This document shows positions 39,141 to 51,800 of a stretch of DNA of 64,000 nt, in pieces (position 1 is the stretch's first letter; the number at the start of each line of letters is the position of its first letter). Source of the stretch: Styela clava (taxonomy: Eukaryota); contig NC_135252.1 of assembly GCF_964204865.1 (NCBI RefSeq), positions 13,082,001-13,146,000 of the forward strand, written 5' to 3'. Under the pieces are notes generated by a model, which saw only the letters and a program-made list of their open reading frames with translations, was not told the DNA's origin and did no database searches. The translations under genes were made by a program, and so were the position numbers.

Positions 39141-40576
39141 TTAATGTAATAAATAGTCTGAAGGTATAAGGTCGCCACATTCAAATGTCATTAATGTTGT
39201 TGGATCGACGCCTTGCTTCACTGCAAGAGCTGTAAATTTGGAAATGTCTTCTTTGTTTATTTTGGGCTTCCTGGTTAAAATCTGAAAAAGCTTACGACCT
39301 GAAAACAGATGTTAACGCTGACGATAGTAAATATATTAATTTCCATATCATTCAATTAAGAAAATTGTACGTTACTTTGAAGCAGCTTAATTACAAATAA
39401 TGCGATTCAATTGCAACAAAATTATAATATTCGTATACTCTTTTCACACATTTTAAGTTCAAGTATAAATCATCTCTATGTTAGATTACTATAGTAATGT
39501 TATGTACTGCAAACCTTTTCAGAGCCTCCATGTGACCAGTAGCATCATGTATAACACGCAATTATCCATTTTACATTATTACATGAAAGTACAAATTGTG
39601 TAACCTATTCCATCACAAAATGATCTCCCTCAACTTAGAGTATATCAAATTGTACATTTTATTAATTTATATTCAAAGACTCACCATCGCGCATTGTTGT
39701 CAGATGATTATAGAAATTGGAATAGTCAGTCATATAAAAGTGCGGATGAGAGCGGAACCATGGTTCATCTAAAAGTATAAGATTCGAATTTGTTTTGTTT
39801 CGATATGCTTTCCTTGGCAATTCATGCACCTGAATTTGTTTCAACTGCTCTTTTCTCGAAGTATAACTCTGCACCTAACTCTTGCCATGTTCCCTCTAGA
39901 AACGGATTATTTAGAATTGAAATTTAATTAGTATAAACTTGATTATTCAAACCCATTTCTATAATATTGAAAGAGCAAGCTCTGTCCCATAATAAAAGAT
40001 GATTAAAAAAAAATTATATCTAATCCGATACTTACTTGTGTGCGACCCCATCCAATATTGACCCATAGAGTCGCGTGTTACGTCTTCAATAATACTCTCA
40101 GGGGACTCTGAGTTCATTCTAGTGTAAAACAATAGCATGAGTTATTTTATGCATAATTTATTCTTAATTAGAATTAAGGCGTTTGCGTTTTGGTTCATAT
40201 TGTGTAAAAATAAATTGAACGCACCGGGGAAAATTGTACGTGTAGAACTTCATTGTATTCTCTGTTACGTTGAAAGGTGCAATTATATGGCATCTCCACA
40301 ATGCGTTCCAGTACCAGAAATCCACACCAAAAGTGAGAAACCAAACTCCTTGCAACTGCATATAAGAAAAATTGTGTGAAAATGATCTTTCGGTTTATAT
40401 TCAAGCACCATTGGGGAAAAAAATGAGAAAACACAAAATATTACCATTACCTATTGGGCGGAATAAGCATTTTAACATACCTGTTCCATATCGATTTCTT
40501 TTCCAGAATAAATATCTAGACTCCATGCACATGATAAAATCATAAGAATCAAGAGACCAGAAAATTTAGAGCCCAT
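39141..40576 (-). CDS. Secreted lipocalin A, ~205 aa, 6 exons
   Basis: Exons 40576-40481, 40355-40225, 40118-40036, 39895-39830, 39768-39685, 39298-39141. Signal MGSKFSGLLILMILSCAWS. Lipocalin motifs: SCR1 IDMEQLQGVWF, SCR2 YMTDYSNF, SCR3 QILTRKP. C-terminal Cys. Confidence 0.85.
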
Positions 40577-42476
40577 CGTTTGTCCTTGTCATTAGCTCAG
40601 TGAAGACAAAGATTTGGAACTTCCTTCGAGGCAAATTGAGATAAGCATGGAATGTGATGAATTGATATCCTTCTCCGTCATATGAAGGGTATTGATCTGT
40701 GAGCTCATCGAACGTAGGCCTACACTGATTTTGACTGGGAAAATTATATGACATTCAGTATCATTCAGATTCAAACAAATATTTGGGATTTATATAGCAG
40801 GAGTAAATGAAATTAGTTTGTCATTTTAATCTTTGCTAGAAAATATTGATAATTTGTGTTATTGATAATTTGTAAAAAAAATATTTCGATGGTTTTATTT
40901 TTCAATGGTCCGTGGAACGTGTGACAGAGACCTAAAAATTATTTGTAGTGTTACCAGATCAAAATTTATAATAAATATCATATTTACTTCCTCTGACTAT
41001 TTATGCCCTTGCTACCTAAAGAATAAAGTCAATATAGCCTTATGAGGGGTTGGAAGGGCTTTCCCAGGCCTAGAGTGACATCTGTTTATTTAAATTTCAT
41101 ATCTTCGAAATTGATTGAGCCAGGGTACTGCGTTTTCATTTGAAAGGCATCTAACCAAATGTTGTATGTTGCTTTCAAAAATTTTCCCATAAGCATCAGT
41201 TGAATTCTTACAGCGTATTCCTAGAATATTTTCTAAAACAATTCGAGTAAGAGAACTCAAGTTTGTAAGAGAACCTGAGCGATTCAACTGAGAGTGTAGT
41301 TTGTGGCTATTTGGGACTACAACACTTAAAATAAATAAAAAGGGTGTTTGGACCCGAGCGAGGACCTATTAATTATTGCATCTAATTTAACAAAATTTAA
41401 CGATTATTAGCCAATAAAAATTAGATGTTAATTTCAATTCATGTCATAATTCGAATTCGAGGTGGAAATTCTCATTCGAACGAGTGTTGCAATGACATAG
41501 CTCGACACCAAGTGAAAATGGCTTTGGGCAGTAATTCTCACGTGAAAATGAATCATTTTCGACATGTGTACAAGTTTATTTCTGTAAATTAGGTCATTAT
41601 TGTTCGATCCAAAATTTCATTTCAGATAAAACGAACTGTATTTAATAGGTCTACTCTAAAGAGTCTTTTTCGTGTAAAATTACCAATGAAGAGAAATAAA
41701 TCGGCCGTGCGGATGAAAAATTCTGAAGCTCGTAAAAAATTTGATTACCAAAACAAATTTAATTAGTTGCGATTCAATTGGAAATTTACTAGGAAAACTA
41801 TACATCTGAAGAAAACCAATCATATTTTTTCGACCAAGAATAATTTATATGATTGTGAGTTTATGTCTTTAGTTTTAGTTGTTTTAGTTTATTGCAATAC
41901 GTATTATACACAGCAAATAAAATAAGATAATTGAATGACTTTAACAGTTATATAAAAATAAAATGAAAAAAAAACAGTATAGTATATATGCTAAACTTCT
42001 AAATAATGAACCGATCTATATCCAGTATTTGGTTTTTTCAACGAAATCCCATCATACGTGTTTCAATGCTTAGCCCCCAAAACACCACCAGCGTGCAGCA
42101 GTGGGCGTGTTGGTTAATTAACTGACAAAGCCAAACTCACCAATAATAACAGTAACCTGAAAACTAAAATCCCTAACTTTATAAATTTAATTAAGTCAAA
42201 TATACCTTTGGTCTCGATGCTTGATAACAAGCTTTGGTTACCTGCGCTTCCTGTTTCCTAAGTAAAATTGCGTTCATTTCGCTTTCTCCTGATTTTGCAT
42301 GCTATTTTTACTGGCTGTATAAGTATAAACTCGAATAGGAATTTTACAAGAAAGGGATCAATAACCTATTTTAACCTGTATATAAACTTTTCATATATAT
42401 TCCATGAGGTTTTTGTGGAGATGTGTGCGTAGGAGCATGTAAAAGTATACGATACATTGAACAAACGCACATATTA

Positions 42477-42753
42477 TTACTTATCGATCTTTAGATCGGT
42501 AAGTATGTTGATAGGTATTTGTCTGCTTGTCTGTCTGTTTGTCTGTTAGATGCACGCGATATCTCACGAAGGCGTGGTTGAATCTGCTCCAGATTTTGCA
42601 TGTGCATTCATCATATCTCGGACCAGAAGCGTGTCGTATAATTAGCGAATTATTAATTAATTAGTGATGGGACACGCGGTGTCACTATAGAGTCATAAAT
42701 CGAAACCGCAGTTTCGAGCGATAAGTCTTCGGTCTCCGACCGATATTCGCGTT
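42477..42753 (+). mobile_element. Helentron/DINE-1-like non-autonomous element (copy 2)
   Basis: Subterminal inverted repeat ACTTATCG / CGATAAGT. (TGTC)n-type microsatellite near the 5' end. 3' hairpin TCGGTC-TCC-GACCGA, ends in TT. Homologous to 27597-27775. Confidence 0.65.
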
Positions 42754-43473
42754 CGAAACTTGTTGAAACAAATATAGATCAACTTGCTTTTATCTGGTTA
42801 GCGCATGTGCGCAATATCAGACGTTTTGCAATGCTGTGTGTAAACCATTAGGTCTGGAATGTTTGTTATGGCCTTGCTTGGAAGAAGAGCTAGTTTCCTA
42901 CACATCAATATAAGAATGAACGTTATATGACATTTGGAAGTGATAAAAAATCGCTTACATTTAAGTTACCGTACCGTACAAAAGTGAATTTCAGTTGACA
43001 TCTGGAATAAAGTAATTTGTGGAATCGGTTTCTTGCCGCAGCGTTTTGACAAGCGAAGAGCTTGTAACTGTATTTACCAATTTGAGTTCAAACAAGAAGG
43101 CTCTTCTCTACCTTGAATTTACTAACCTGGGATATTTGAGAGATACAAGACACGCTACTGCTGTACAAAGTTTGAAGCAGGCGAGCCGTATTGAGCATTA
43201 ACTACATTGATTCAAAAATTAAAATACGATACTAATCATTTCAAACAAGGCAAACAGGGAAGGACAGGTAAAATTCGGTCAGTTCAGTATGGATCACCTT
43301 ACATAAATCTAACATCATCGTGTTTGTAATGTTAATTAGTGACATTGAGTTCCAAACATAGTCAAATAATTTACTTTCCTAAAATAATAATGATTCAATC
43401 GATAATTTTACCGAAAAATTTTGGTTAATAAATGACTAATTTTAGTCCCGATTAACGTTATAATAAACATCCG

Positions 43474-45239
43474 TTAATCTAATAAATAATCTGACGGGAT
43501 CAGGTCGGAACATCCAAATGTTGTCAATGTGGATGGATCGACTCCGTGATCAACTGCAATAGCTGTGAATTGAGACATATCTTTTTGGTTTATCCTGGGT
43601 GTCCTGGTATAAAATTGAAACAGCTTCTGACCTAAAAACAGTGTAAATGCTTTATTTTTGAGTAACAGCAGTGAAAAGATATTTGAGTTTATTTTGAGTT
43701 TGAGTTTGCAAAATATGCGAAGTGAAAACAGTAATATTGTGCTCTTTCCATAATTTGCATGAATCAGTCTAAACTTTTTATTCATTTTATCGGTAGAATA
43801 TAACGTTGTTGTATACAATGTATAATAAACCCATTAGTCATACTTGTGGAAAATAACTAACAGTTTTGCCAAACCTTCTCGATGTCTATATTTATTATGA
43901 CATCATGAAAAGTCCAAACGTATTAAATTACGACATGATCACGCACCCCATACTATAACGAATTTTGTATTTTGATTTAAAAATGTATTAAGTACCTATG
44001 TTGAATACTCACCATCATTCAACAATGTCAGATGACTGTAGAAAGTGTTGTAGTCAGTTGAAAAAAAGTGGGGTTGAGAATCGAACCAAGGTTCATCTGG
44101 AGATATAAAATTGGAATTCATTTTTTCTGGATATTTTTACATTTGTAATTTGTGCACTTATGTTACTGACCATGTGAGGGAGGTTTTATCTTTGTGTCAA
44201 CCGGTGGTTGCTCTAGATATAGCTTTGTTTCTAACTCATGCCATTTCCCGTCTGAAAAATGAAATCGAAGTTTTTGATTGTTCAGTAAGTCTAATTCAAA
44301 ACCAATAATCTCATCCGCATAACGGAGTTTCTTCGTATAAAAAAAACATGGTTCATAATTACTGATTATAGAAATGAAAATTATTATTGTTTAGACACTC
44401 ACGCGTGAGAGGATGCATCCAATATTGACCCAAAGAATCGCGCCTTATTTCTTCAGTAACCATATTCGGTAACTCTGATTTGTCCCTAATATATAAAAGA
44501 AAATGCCAACAGATTTTTGCATATTCAGAGCACTCGGATTAATTTAGTTAATTAAAAACAGATAGCTTTGTGCCGCTTGTAACACAATATGAAACGTACC
44601 AAGGAACATTGTAGGTGTAGAAATTCATCGTATTCTCAGTCACGTTGAAAGGTGCAATAATATGGCATCTCCATAATACGTTCCAAGACCAGTAGTCTAC
44701 ACCAAAAGTGAGAAACCAAACTCCTTGCAACTAAAAGTAAATTAAAACGTGGAAACGTCTTCCCAATGTTTTGATCGCTCGGTGCGGAATAGATTGGACA
44801 AATTGCTTATATTAAACAAACAATATTATTGTTAAATAAAACTTTATAGGTGAGTAAAAAGTAAAAAGAACGGTACCCCCGTAGTATGTGTACCAGGTTA
44901 GGGTTAGGCCATAATTTTATTCTGATATTCCCTATTTAAATTTTATTACGAGTTCGGGAATTGTATATGTTAGCTCAATGAATACACCCCCTGCCCATAG
45001 TAATCAGTTCCTGTACATAATCAGTTGTAAAGTAAGCGAACAAAATTGGTTACCTCCGTATTGGTACACATACTTCTGGAGCGCCAAAAATACACACAAC
45101 ATATTTTTAACTGCTGTTGGAAAATAAAAACATTTCAACTTACACGTTCCATATCTATTTCGTTTCCAGAATATATATCTCCACACCATGCAAATGAGAA
45201 GATTGCGAGAATCACAAGAACTGAATATTCAGAGCCCAT
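43474..45239 (-). CDS. Secreted lipocalin B, ~210 aa, 6 exons
   Basis: Exons 45239-45144, 44730-44600, 44485-44403, 44251-44171, 44096-44013, 43631-43474. Signal MGSEYSVLVILAIFSFAWC. Motifs IDMERLQGVWF, FSTDYNTF, QFYTRTP. Exon sizes match lipocalin A except exon 4. Confidence 0.85.
44872..45085. mobile_element. MITE (family A, longer member) in lipocalin B intron 1
   Basis: Termini GGTACCCCCGTAGTATGTGTACCA / TGGTACACATACTTCTGGAGCGCC. GGTTAGGGTTAGG core. Flanks AAAAGAAC / AAAAATAC. Confidence 0.7.
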
Positions 45240-48200
45240 CGTTCATTTCAAGTCAATGATCTAGGTAAGACACAGGCTTGTCTTTCTACTCGTGGCAACA
45301 AATATGCGGCAAACGTGATGACAAACGTGATATTGTATTGCTACTTTTTTACAGTCTTAGGGTGCAAATAAGGTATCGATAAGTGAGCTTGCCGAAGTAC
45401 CCTGATTCTGACTCGTGAGAGTGTATGAAACGATATACCAATATTATTTAGCTTCAAACAACAATTTATCAGTTAATACAACAGAATGTGCGTAATAATG
45501 TTTGTCATTTCACTGTGAATCACAGAATATTATGTAATCGTTGTTATCTAAAAATTGTGAAAATTTCTTTAGATGATTTCTATTTCGATTTTTCAATAAT
45601 ATGTGAAAGAAGCTTTTTTTGTTATGTGAATAAGTAGGTACATAAAAAATTAAAAAATTCAAAGTTCAGGATCTCTGGAAGGACAGAGCGTCTAAATTCT
45701 CCACATCTATAGAAGTAAAATTATTCAGGTGACATGGCGATCGTTGATGGAAGAAAATAAAATTACATCTGTAAGTAGATTTTTCCGGGTAATAAGCTTC
45801 ATGAACCCATTCCTCGGCTCCATAAAAAAAAACTAACATCACTTTTTGTATCGTGGAAGTCACGATGTTAAACATCGAATAATGACATGACTATTATGCA
45901 ATTTATCAATATCATCTTTTCAAAAACAATTATCTTAATGTTCGTGGTGTGATTATTGTTTTCATCTGTTATAGTGAGGCCAATAAAACGAGCATACTTA
46001 TACAACTATATATTTATACAACTATTTTATGGCAACTCTGCGAATGGCAATTCATCTAAACGCCTTATGCAATGGGAAAGAGAATAAGTTGTTTTGTCAA
46101 GCACTTTGTGATATATTTGCAACGCTTGGAAATTTTATATTGAGATATTGTTATGGCAAATTATGGTTGTTTGTGCACTATATATATGCTTTAATTGGTC
46201 GAACAAACTTGCCTCGCGATTTATTTTAATTTGGTATTGAGGGAATATGTGCGACATCATCTTTTCGAGTTTTTTGGCAACCACTATTTACACATCAATA
46301 AGACATTGCAATACACAGGCAGACTAAGCGCAGCAACGAAAAGATACTATATCTTAACCGAATTTTCCAACCTTTTTAATGATTAGCAATTTCGAAATGA
46401 AATACTTAATAAAAGCTGTTAGTATTGAAACGTCAGTCCCGATTTTCCATACAAAAAGAAAACTACCGGTATTTAAAAAACATGAAGCGGCAATCCCCCC
46501 CCCCCCCCCCCCTTCTCTGCTATCAACGGTTGCTAATAATTTCGTTATATTTTCACTTCATCACAATTCAAAGAAGAGATTGATTCTGAAAAGAGAAGTG
46601 AATGTTATGTATGCCACAAACACAAACATCTGTGTCAAACCACCCCAGATCCGAAAATAAACAAGAGATTGGCGATAACCGAGTTGTATTTATATAAGTT
46701 ATGCTTTGAACAATATGGAATATATTCTCGGCTTTGGAGCTGGACTGACACAGATTTTTGTCGTTTACTGTTTACATATAATAGATTTGATTTGAGAAAA
46801 ACCTCTTTTTAAGTTTCGACCAAGCCCCGTTAGTATCCATCAATGATGACATAACATGAAGAACTTCTGGACCTGATTTCACATTATAGATTTGATCGAA
46901 ATGTCAGTCTCTTGTCTTCGTTTCAGATAATGATCTAGTTATATGAGGACGGACGAATAGTACACAGTACACGTAAATATATATATATTATGATATTACT
47001 GATCACTGAATATAACTGGGTAACTGGAGTTAAAATACACTAAGTCTTACTAAACAATTATTATAGTACATACATTCTATAATGACCAAATAAGAAAAGT
47101 TGTAGATTAAATTATTTCAACTTAATATAGCACAAATGGAATAACAAAATAAAAATACTTGGACCGGTTTGGGAAAAAAAATAGATAAAAAAAAAATGAT
47201 TTCCATCATTCATATTATTACTAGTTACTTCTAAATTTATCCTAAATCCTGCATACTCTACTGTTTAATTTTGACCTTGAAGGGAAAAATATGCCTAAGG
47301 GAATATCTGTTTAAAATGTCTGGGTTTGCTTTATTTCCCGGTATTCATTTTTCTTTTGAGCAAAAAACCGTCTGGTTCACGTAATTTCCGTTTAAATATG
47401 TGATTACCGGAATGCCTTAAATATCTTTTTTTAAATTTGTGCTAAATTCAAGTATTTCAGATTGCAAAAAAAATGAAGTAAAAAAGCAACAAAGCTTTGT
47501 AAATCTAGATCAAATTTTCTATAATTAGGAACTCTATTCCGCAAATCATTTTTCTTCTCAAATCTGACTTTGTAAAAGGTTCATGTCATGTGTCGACCGT
47601 TGCATATTTTGATACTTCACCAATAATTCATTAACTCACACGATGAAAAAGATAGCCCTTTCATACAAGAAGATCAATTGTTGATAATCCGGAACTATAT
47701 AGATTAATATCATTTATTGCGGTTTTAACGCTGAAGGTTAATTTTTCGCTTTTTATTGGATTTTTCAAGGAATTGACTGGTGTGGGCAACTGTACTAATG
47801 ATTTTCAATCTATTTAAGTATTTGGTAAGCAAAAGTCATTCTCAACGATTTCCAACCACAAACTCAAGATATTACTCACAATCTTGAAGCTTTCGTCACG
47901 GAATGAATATATCATGTTGAATGATGTGACATGATATAATAAAGGCGGTGGTTTACGTAACTTTTTTTATTTAAATCCAAAGCAAAAATTTCAAGAAGCT
48001 CTGCTTTAAGTGGGCATGTATAAGAAAAGAAATTAAAAAATTTAATTTTGATCAGGATTGACTGTCCAGACCAATTACAAACCTTAAGGTTTTTAGTTAT
48101 TTCACACCCAAGAAGTTTAAAATAATAAAATAGGTAAATCGATAATGTATTTTTTCGTGGATATACCTCTTAATCCGCTAACGTTTGACATGACACTTGA

Positions 48201-48736
48201 CGTTTTGTATTTAGCATTTCCAGACACTTTAATCCGCGAAACTTGAGGTTTTTCTACATAGTCTTCCTAAACTCGTATAGCGATTGCTAATACTCCTGTG
48301 AGAAAATTGATGACACAATGTAAAGTCCCTCTTTTCCATTTTATATCGCTAAACTTTGGTTTCGTGTATATACCTTGCTTGCATACCTCCTTCAGCTTGC
48401 TTGCAAATAAAACTTGCCTCCGACAGAAAATAATTGATTATAAAAATAGCTTAAAATTGCGGTTCAATTTTGCCATGTGACTCGTATCGCCCATACAATG
48501 GTATCAATGTATTTTATCTCGTCGCATATTATTTTTTTATTAAATAAAACTATTGATATACTGTATTCTATAAGTGATCATTTATATATTCTTAACAAAA
48601 TCTAATAATCTAAGACAGTAATATACTGATGTTTACAAATGTTTACCTAACTATAAGGCGTGTTTATATCAGATTAATCACGAGACACCTTAACGAAAAA
48701 AAAAGAAAATAAGAAATTCGCGACCATCCATTTAGT

Positions 48737-48742
48737 TATAAA
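48737..48742 (+). promoter_or_regulatory. Candidate TATA box of the WxxW-domain precursor gene
   Basis: TATAAA 95 bp upstream of the ATG at 48832, followed by a GC-richer putative 5' UTR. Confidence 0.4.
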
Positions 48743-48831
48743 TGCCGCAGACACAGGTGGCGATCTCATCGGCAGCTTGAGTTTGCCGGTCGACAACAGT
48801 AAGCTACTTGTTAGATTGTAGAAAATTCAGT

Positions 48832-51800
48832 ATGAGATCTTATTGTATACTACTGATACTTTTACTGGGATTCTTTCTACAACCAACCGTACATGGTGAG
48901 CATCTGTTTATAAATTTTTGTCGGAGGTCAGGTCGTCTAATTTGAATTTCGATTAAACACAATATAAAAGTGATCATATTCAGGGTGTGCCTTTGCTTAG
49001 GCACCACCAATACAGAAACAATGCAACAATGCAGTATTGGCCATTTCTTGCTAAGTTATTTCTGTAAAAGTTTCTAATGGAGTTTTTACAAAAATCAACA
49101 GCCTTTTTCTATTATATTCTTTTCCGTTTTATTTTTAAACGAGTTTTAGGTTAAATATTAAGCCGCTATGATATGAATGACACATTCATTACCCGCGGGT
49201 ATATTTACAGTTTAATAATCACGTTGAAGAACAATTGATGCTTTTAAATTGTTTTCAACCAACCTGAAAACTTTTAATCGATTATAGTTTATCAAGTAGG
49301 CTAAAATCTTCAACATAAATCGTGCCAAAAATATAAACTGATTGTAAAACAGTTTAAATTATATACAATGTATACGTACTAATTACCAGCTTGTCACAAC
49401 GCTCTACATGTGAAGCCAAAGTCTGGATTGGATATTTCTGGACGAAGGAAGCGTCATGTTGGACCGCATCCGCATCCACACAGTAATCACTCATCAGAGA
49501 AGGACGCAGACCCAGAATTGTCTTTATTTTTCTCTGGTTGTATGTTTAAAAAAACTGGGCCAATGTTCGAATCCTGGCCTAGTGTAATCGATTTTATTCT
49601 ACGGGATTTATACTGGTTTGAAGCCAGCGATATTGCGTATTGTGGGTAAGTTTTATGGTACCAGTCAGTGAAACAGATGAGTATACTTTTCTGCTGTGTA
49701 TTGAGTTTTATGTTGATGACAAAGTGAATGACAAACATTCTTTGCGGTAAAACTGTACGCCCGGGGTGTTATAACAACATAATCTGTAAGGATATAATTT
49801 TGGGATGATATTGAATTAAATATAGTAATTTTGAAAGTTTGATTGCGATCTGAAGAAGAACAAATGTATTAGTATAAAATATTAACCTCAGTGTAACCTA
49901 AACAGTTTTACAAAAATTTTTAGAACTTTGCATTGTTTTTCATTCCTTATTTCGTATATAATATACGTGTGACTATTCTTCATGTTTTTGAGTTCATCCC
50001 TTATGAAAAGTAAAATTTCATCTTATTATATTCTAGGAATACAAGCAAGATGTGTTTGTTACGATTAATCACATTACTCAAACGGTATTTATATTCAACA
50101 TATTTTAGAGGTTATAAAGATACAGCAAGATGCTGGCAAAGACGACTGAACTTTTTACTTAAATTCGAATCTTCTCTAATGATACCGGGAAAGGAATGTA
50201 TACAGGAATACGATGAATCTATAAAAAGTGAAAGTAAGCAATAAATACAAAATGGGTGTATTTTATAGTTGACTTTGGATGTCAGTCGCTTCAATTAATG
50301 ATTATATTTGGTTGATTTTAATTTTCACCACAAAAGCACAAGAGATTTTTTTAGTAAAATGAGACAAGTTTTTTATTTGTCTTATTATTATAAATCTATT
50401 GATTAACATAATATAATATAGACCAGGTATTTTGAACATTTTTCAATGAATGGTTAGATCCGAAATTTAAAAAACGGTTTATCTGTTGTATCGAATCAAC
50501 TAACAACAAGTTTTCTCATTTAAGAAAATGTTTGGAACGGGTTTGCTTGAAACCGATAATACATAATAAGGCACATTGCGTACAACTTTCGTTATCTTCA
50601 GTACGTATGGTACCGTATCTGTTGTTAGTTGGGTCCGCAAAATGCTTAACGTAGGCACGCCAATTATTTGCGATTTATAGTATTCAATATAGCGCCAAGA
50701 GAACATTTTATATCTGTCATGGAGCTTCTAAAACAAATTTCTTGTTCTTTTTATCGTTTTTATTTTGTGCATATGATATCGTTTCAATATGTAAACGAGA
50801 TAGCATACATCGCCGACTTATCGATCGAAACTTTCTTGGCGGAAACTTGCGCATCGCACACACACACCCAGCACATGCGCGCTCTCGCGTAAAAATTCTA
50901 GGTCTTACACGTTCACGTTTCAATATGTAGAGGAGCATAATGCGCAGCGTAAATTTTACCTCCTTGTCGTCGTCGACACGGAAATACAAATCTGGGAGAC
51001 GTTAATGACTGTGTTGTTCACTTAATTGCGGATTCTACCATTTAATTATCCTTATTTATTCCTTCGTAGTAGACATTTCTCCGTGGACGTTACAATTCTT
51101 GTGGCTCACGACGTACATCTTGCCGAAACGATATATAAAGATGTTCACGGCCTAAACAGTCACGTTCACATAAACAATAATCAACCCTGTAAAAATTACA
51201 CGCCTTAATAGTGATATCCTGACATTCTTCCCTAAAATTCAGGAGGGGGAAGGAACGCACGTGGATGTGCCAATAACAACAGTATTTCACTTACTGTCAG
51301 ATTCAATTTGGGCGGCTTTTATTATCAATTTTTATCACAGATATGCTTGTTTGTTTTTTCATTAATTCGCAACTTATCGAGAACCGAAAAACTACGGTCA
51401 CTTTGTGACACCCTATTTGTTGACTTATTTTGGGCGGTGGAGGTTTTTAAACTCAATTTTCATTGAAAACTGATCTTGGTTTAAAATACAACAATGTATG
51501 AATGTTACTCTAACTTAGGGCAAAATTTTGTGAATATATGGTATTATACCAAACTTTAGTGCAAAAATAATAGTATACATTATCGTTATCATCGTAACAG
51601 GTTATCTTCATCTTCCAGGGGGACCCGCATTTGAAATTTTTTATCGAACTCATTATGATTCTTATCAGCATGAACCAGTTTATGGAGAATTCAAACGATT
51701 CAAAAGACAAATAGTTGGCATTGATGACACACTGAGACGAGCAGAAGATATTTTGAACAATTTGGATGATTTTTTGGATACAAAATTCACAACACCGCGC

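Noticed and set aside
39769-39829. Apparent frameshift/stop suggesting lipocalin A is a pseudogene
   Set aside because: Resolved by a 61-nt GT-AG intron at the same position and phase as an intron in lipocalin B.
46495-46512. Poly-C run inside a 93-aa ORF (poly-Pro)
   Set aside because: Simple homopolymer; no splice or homology support for coding.
50031-50055. Alternative acceptor or micro-exon upstream of P1 exon 3
   Set aside because: The 50109 acceptor keeps frame and aligns with P2 exon 3; no support for the upstream site.
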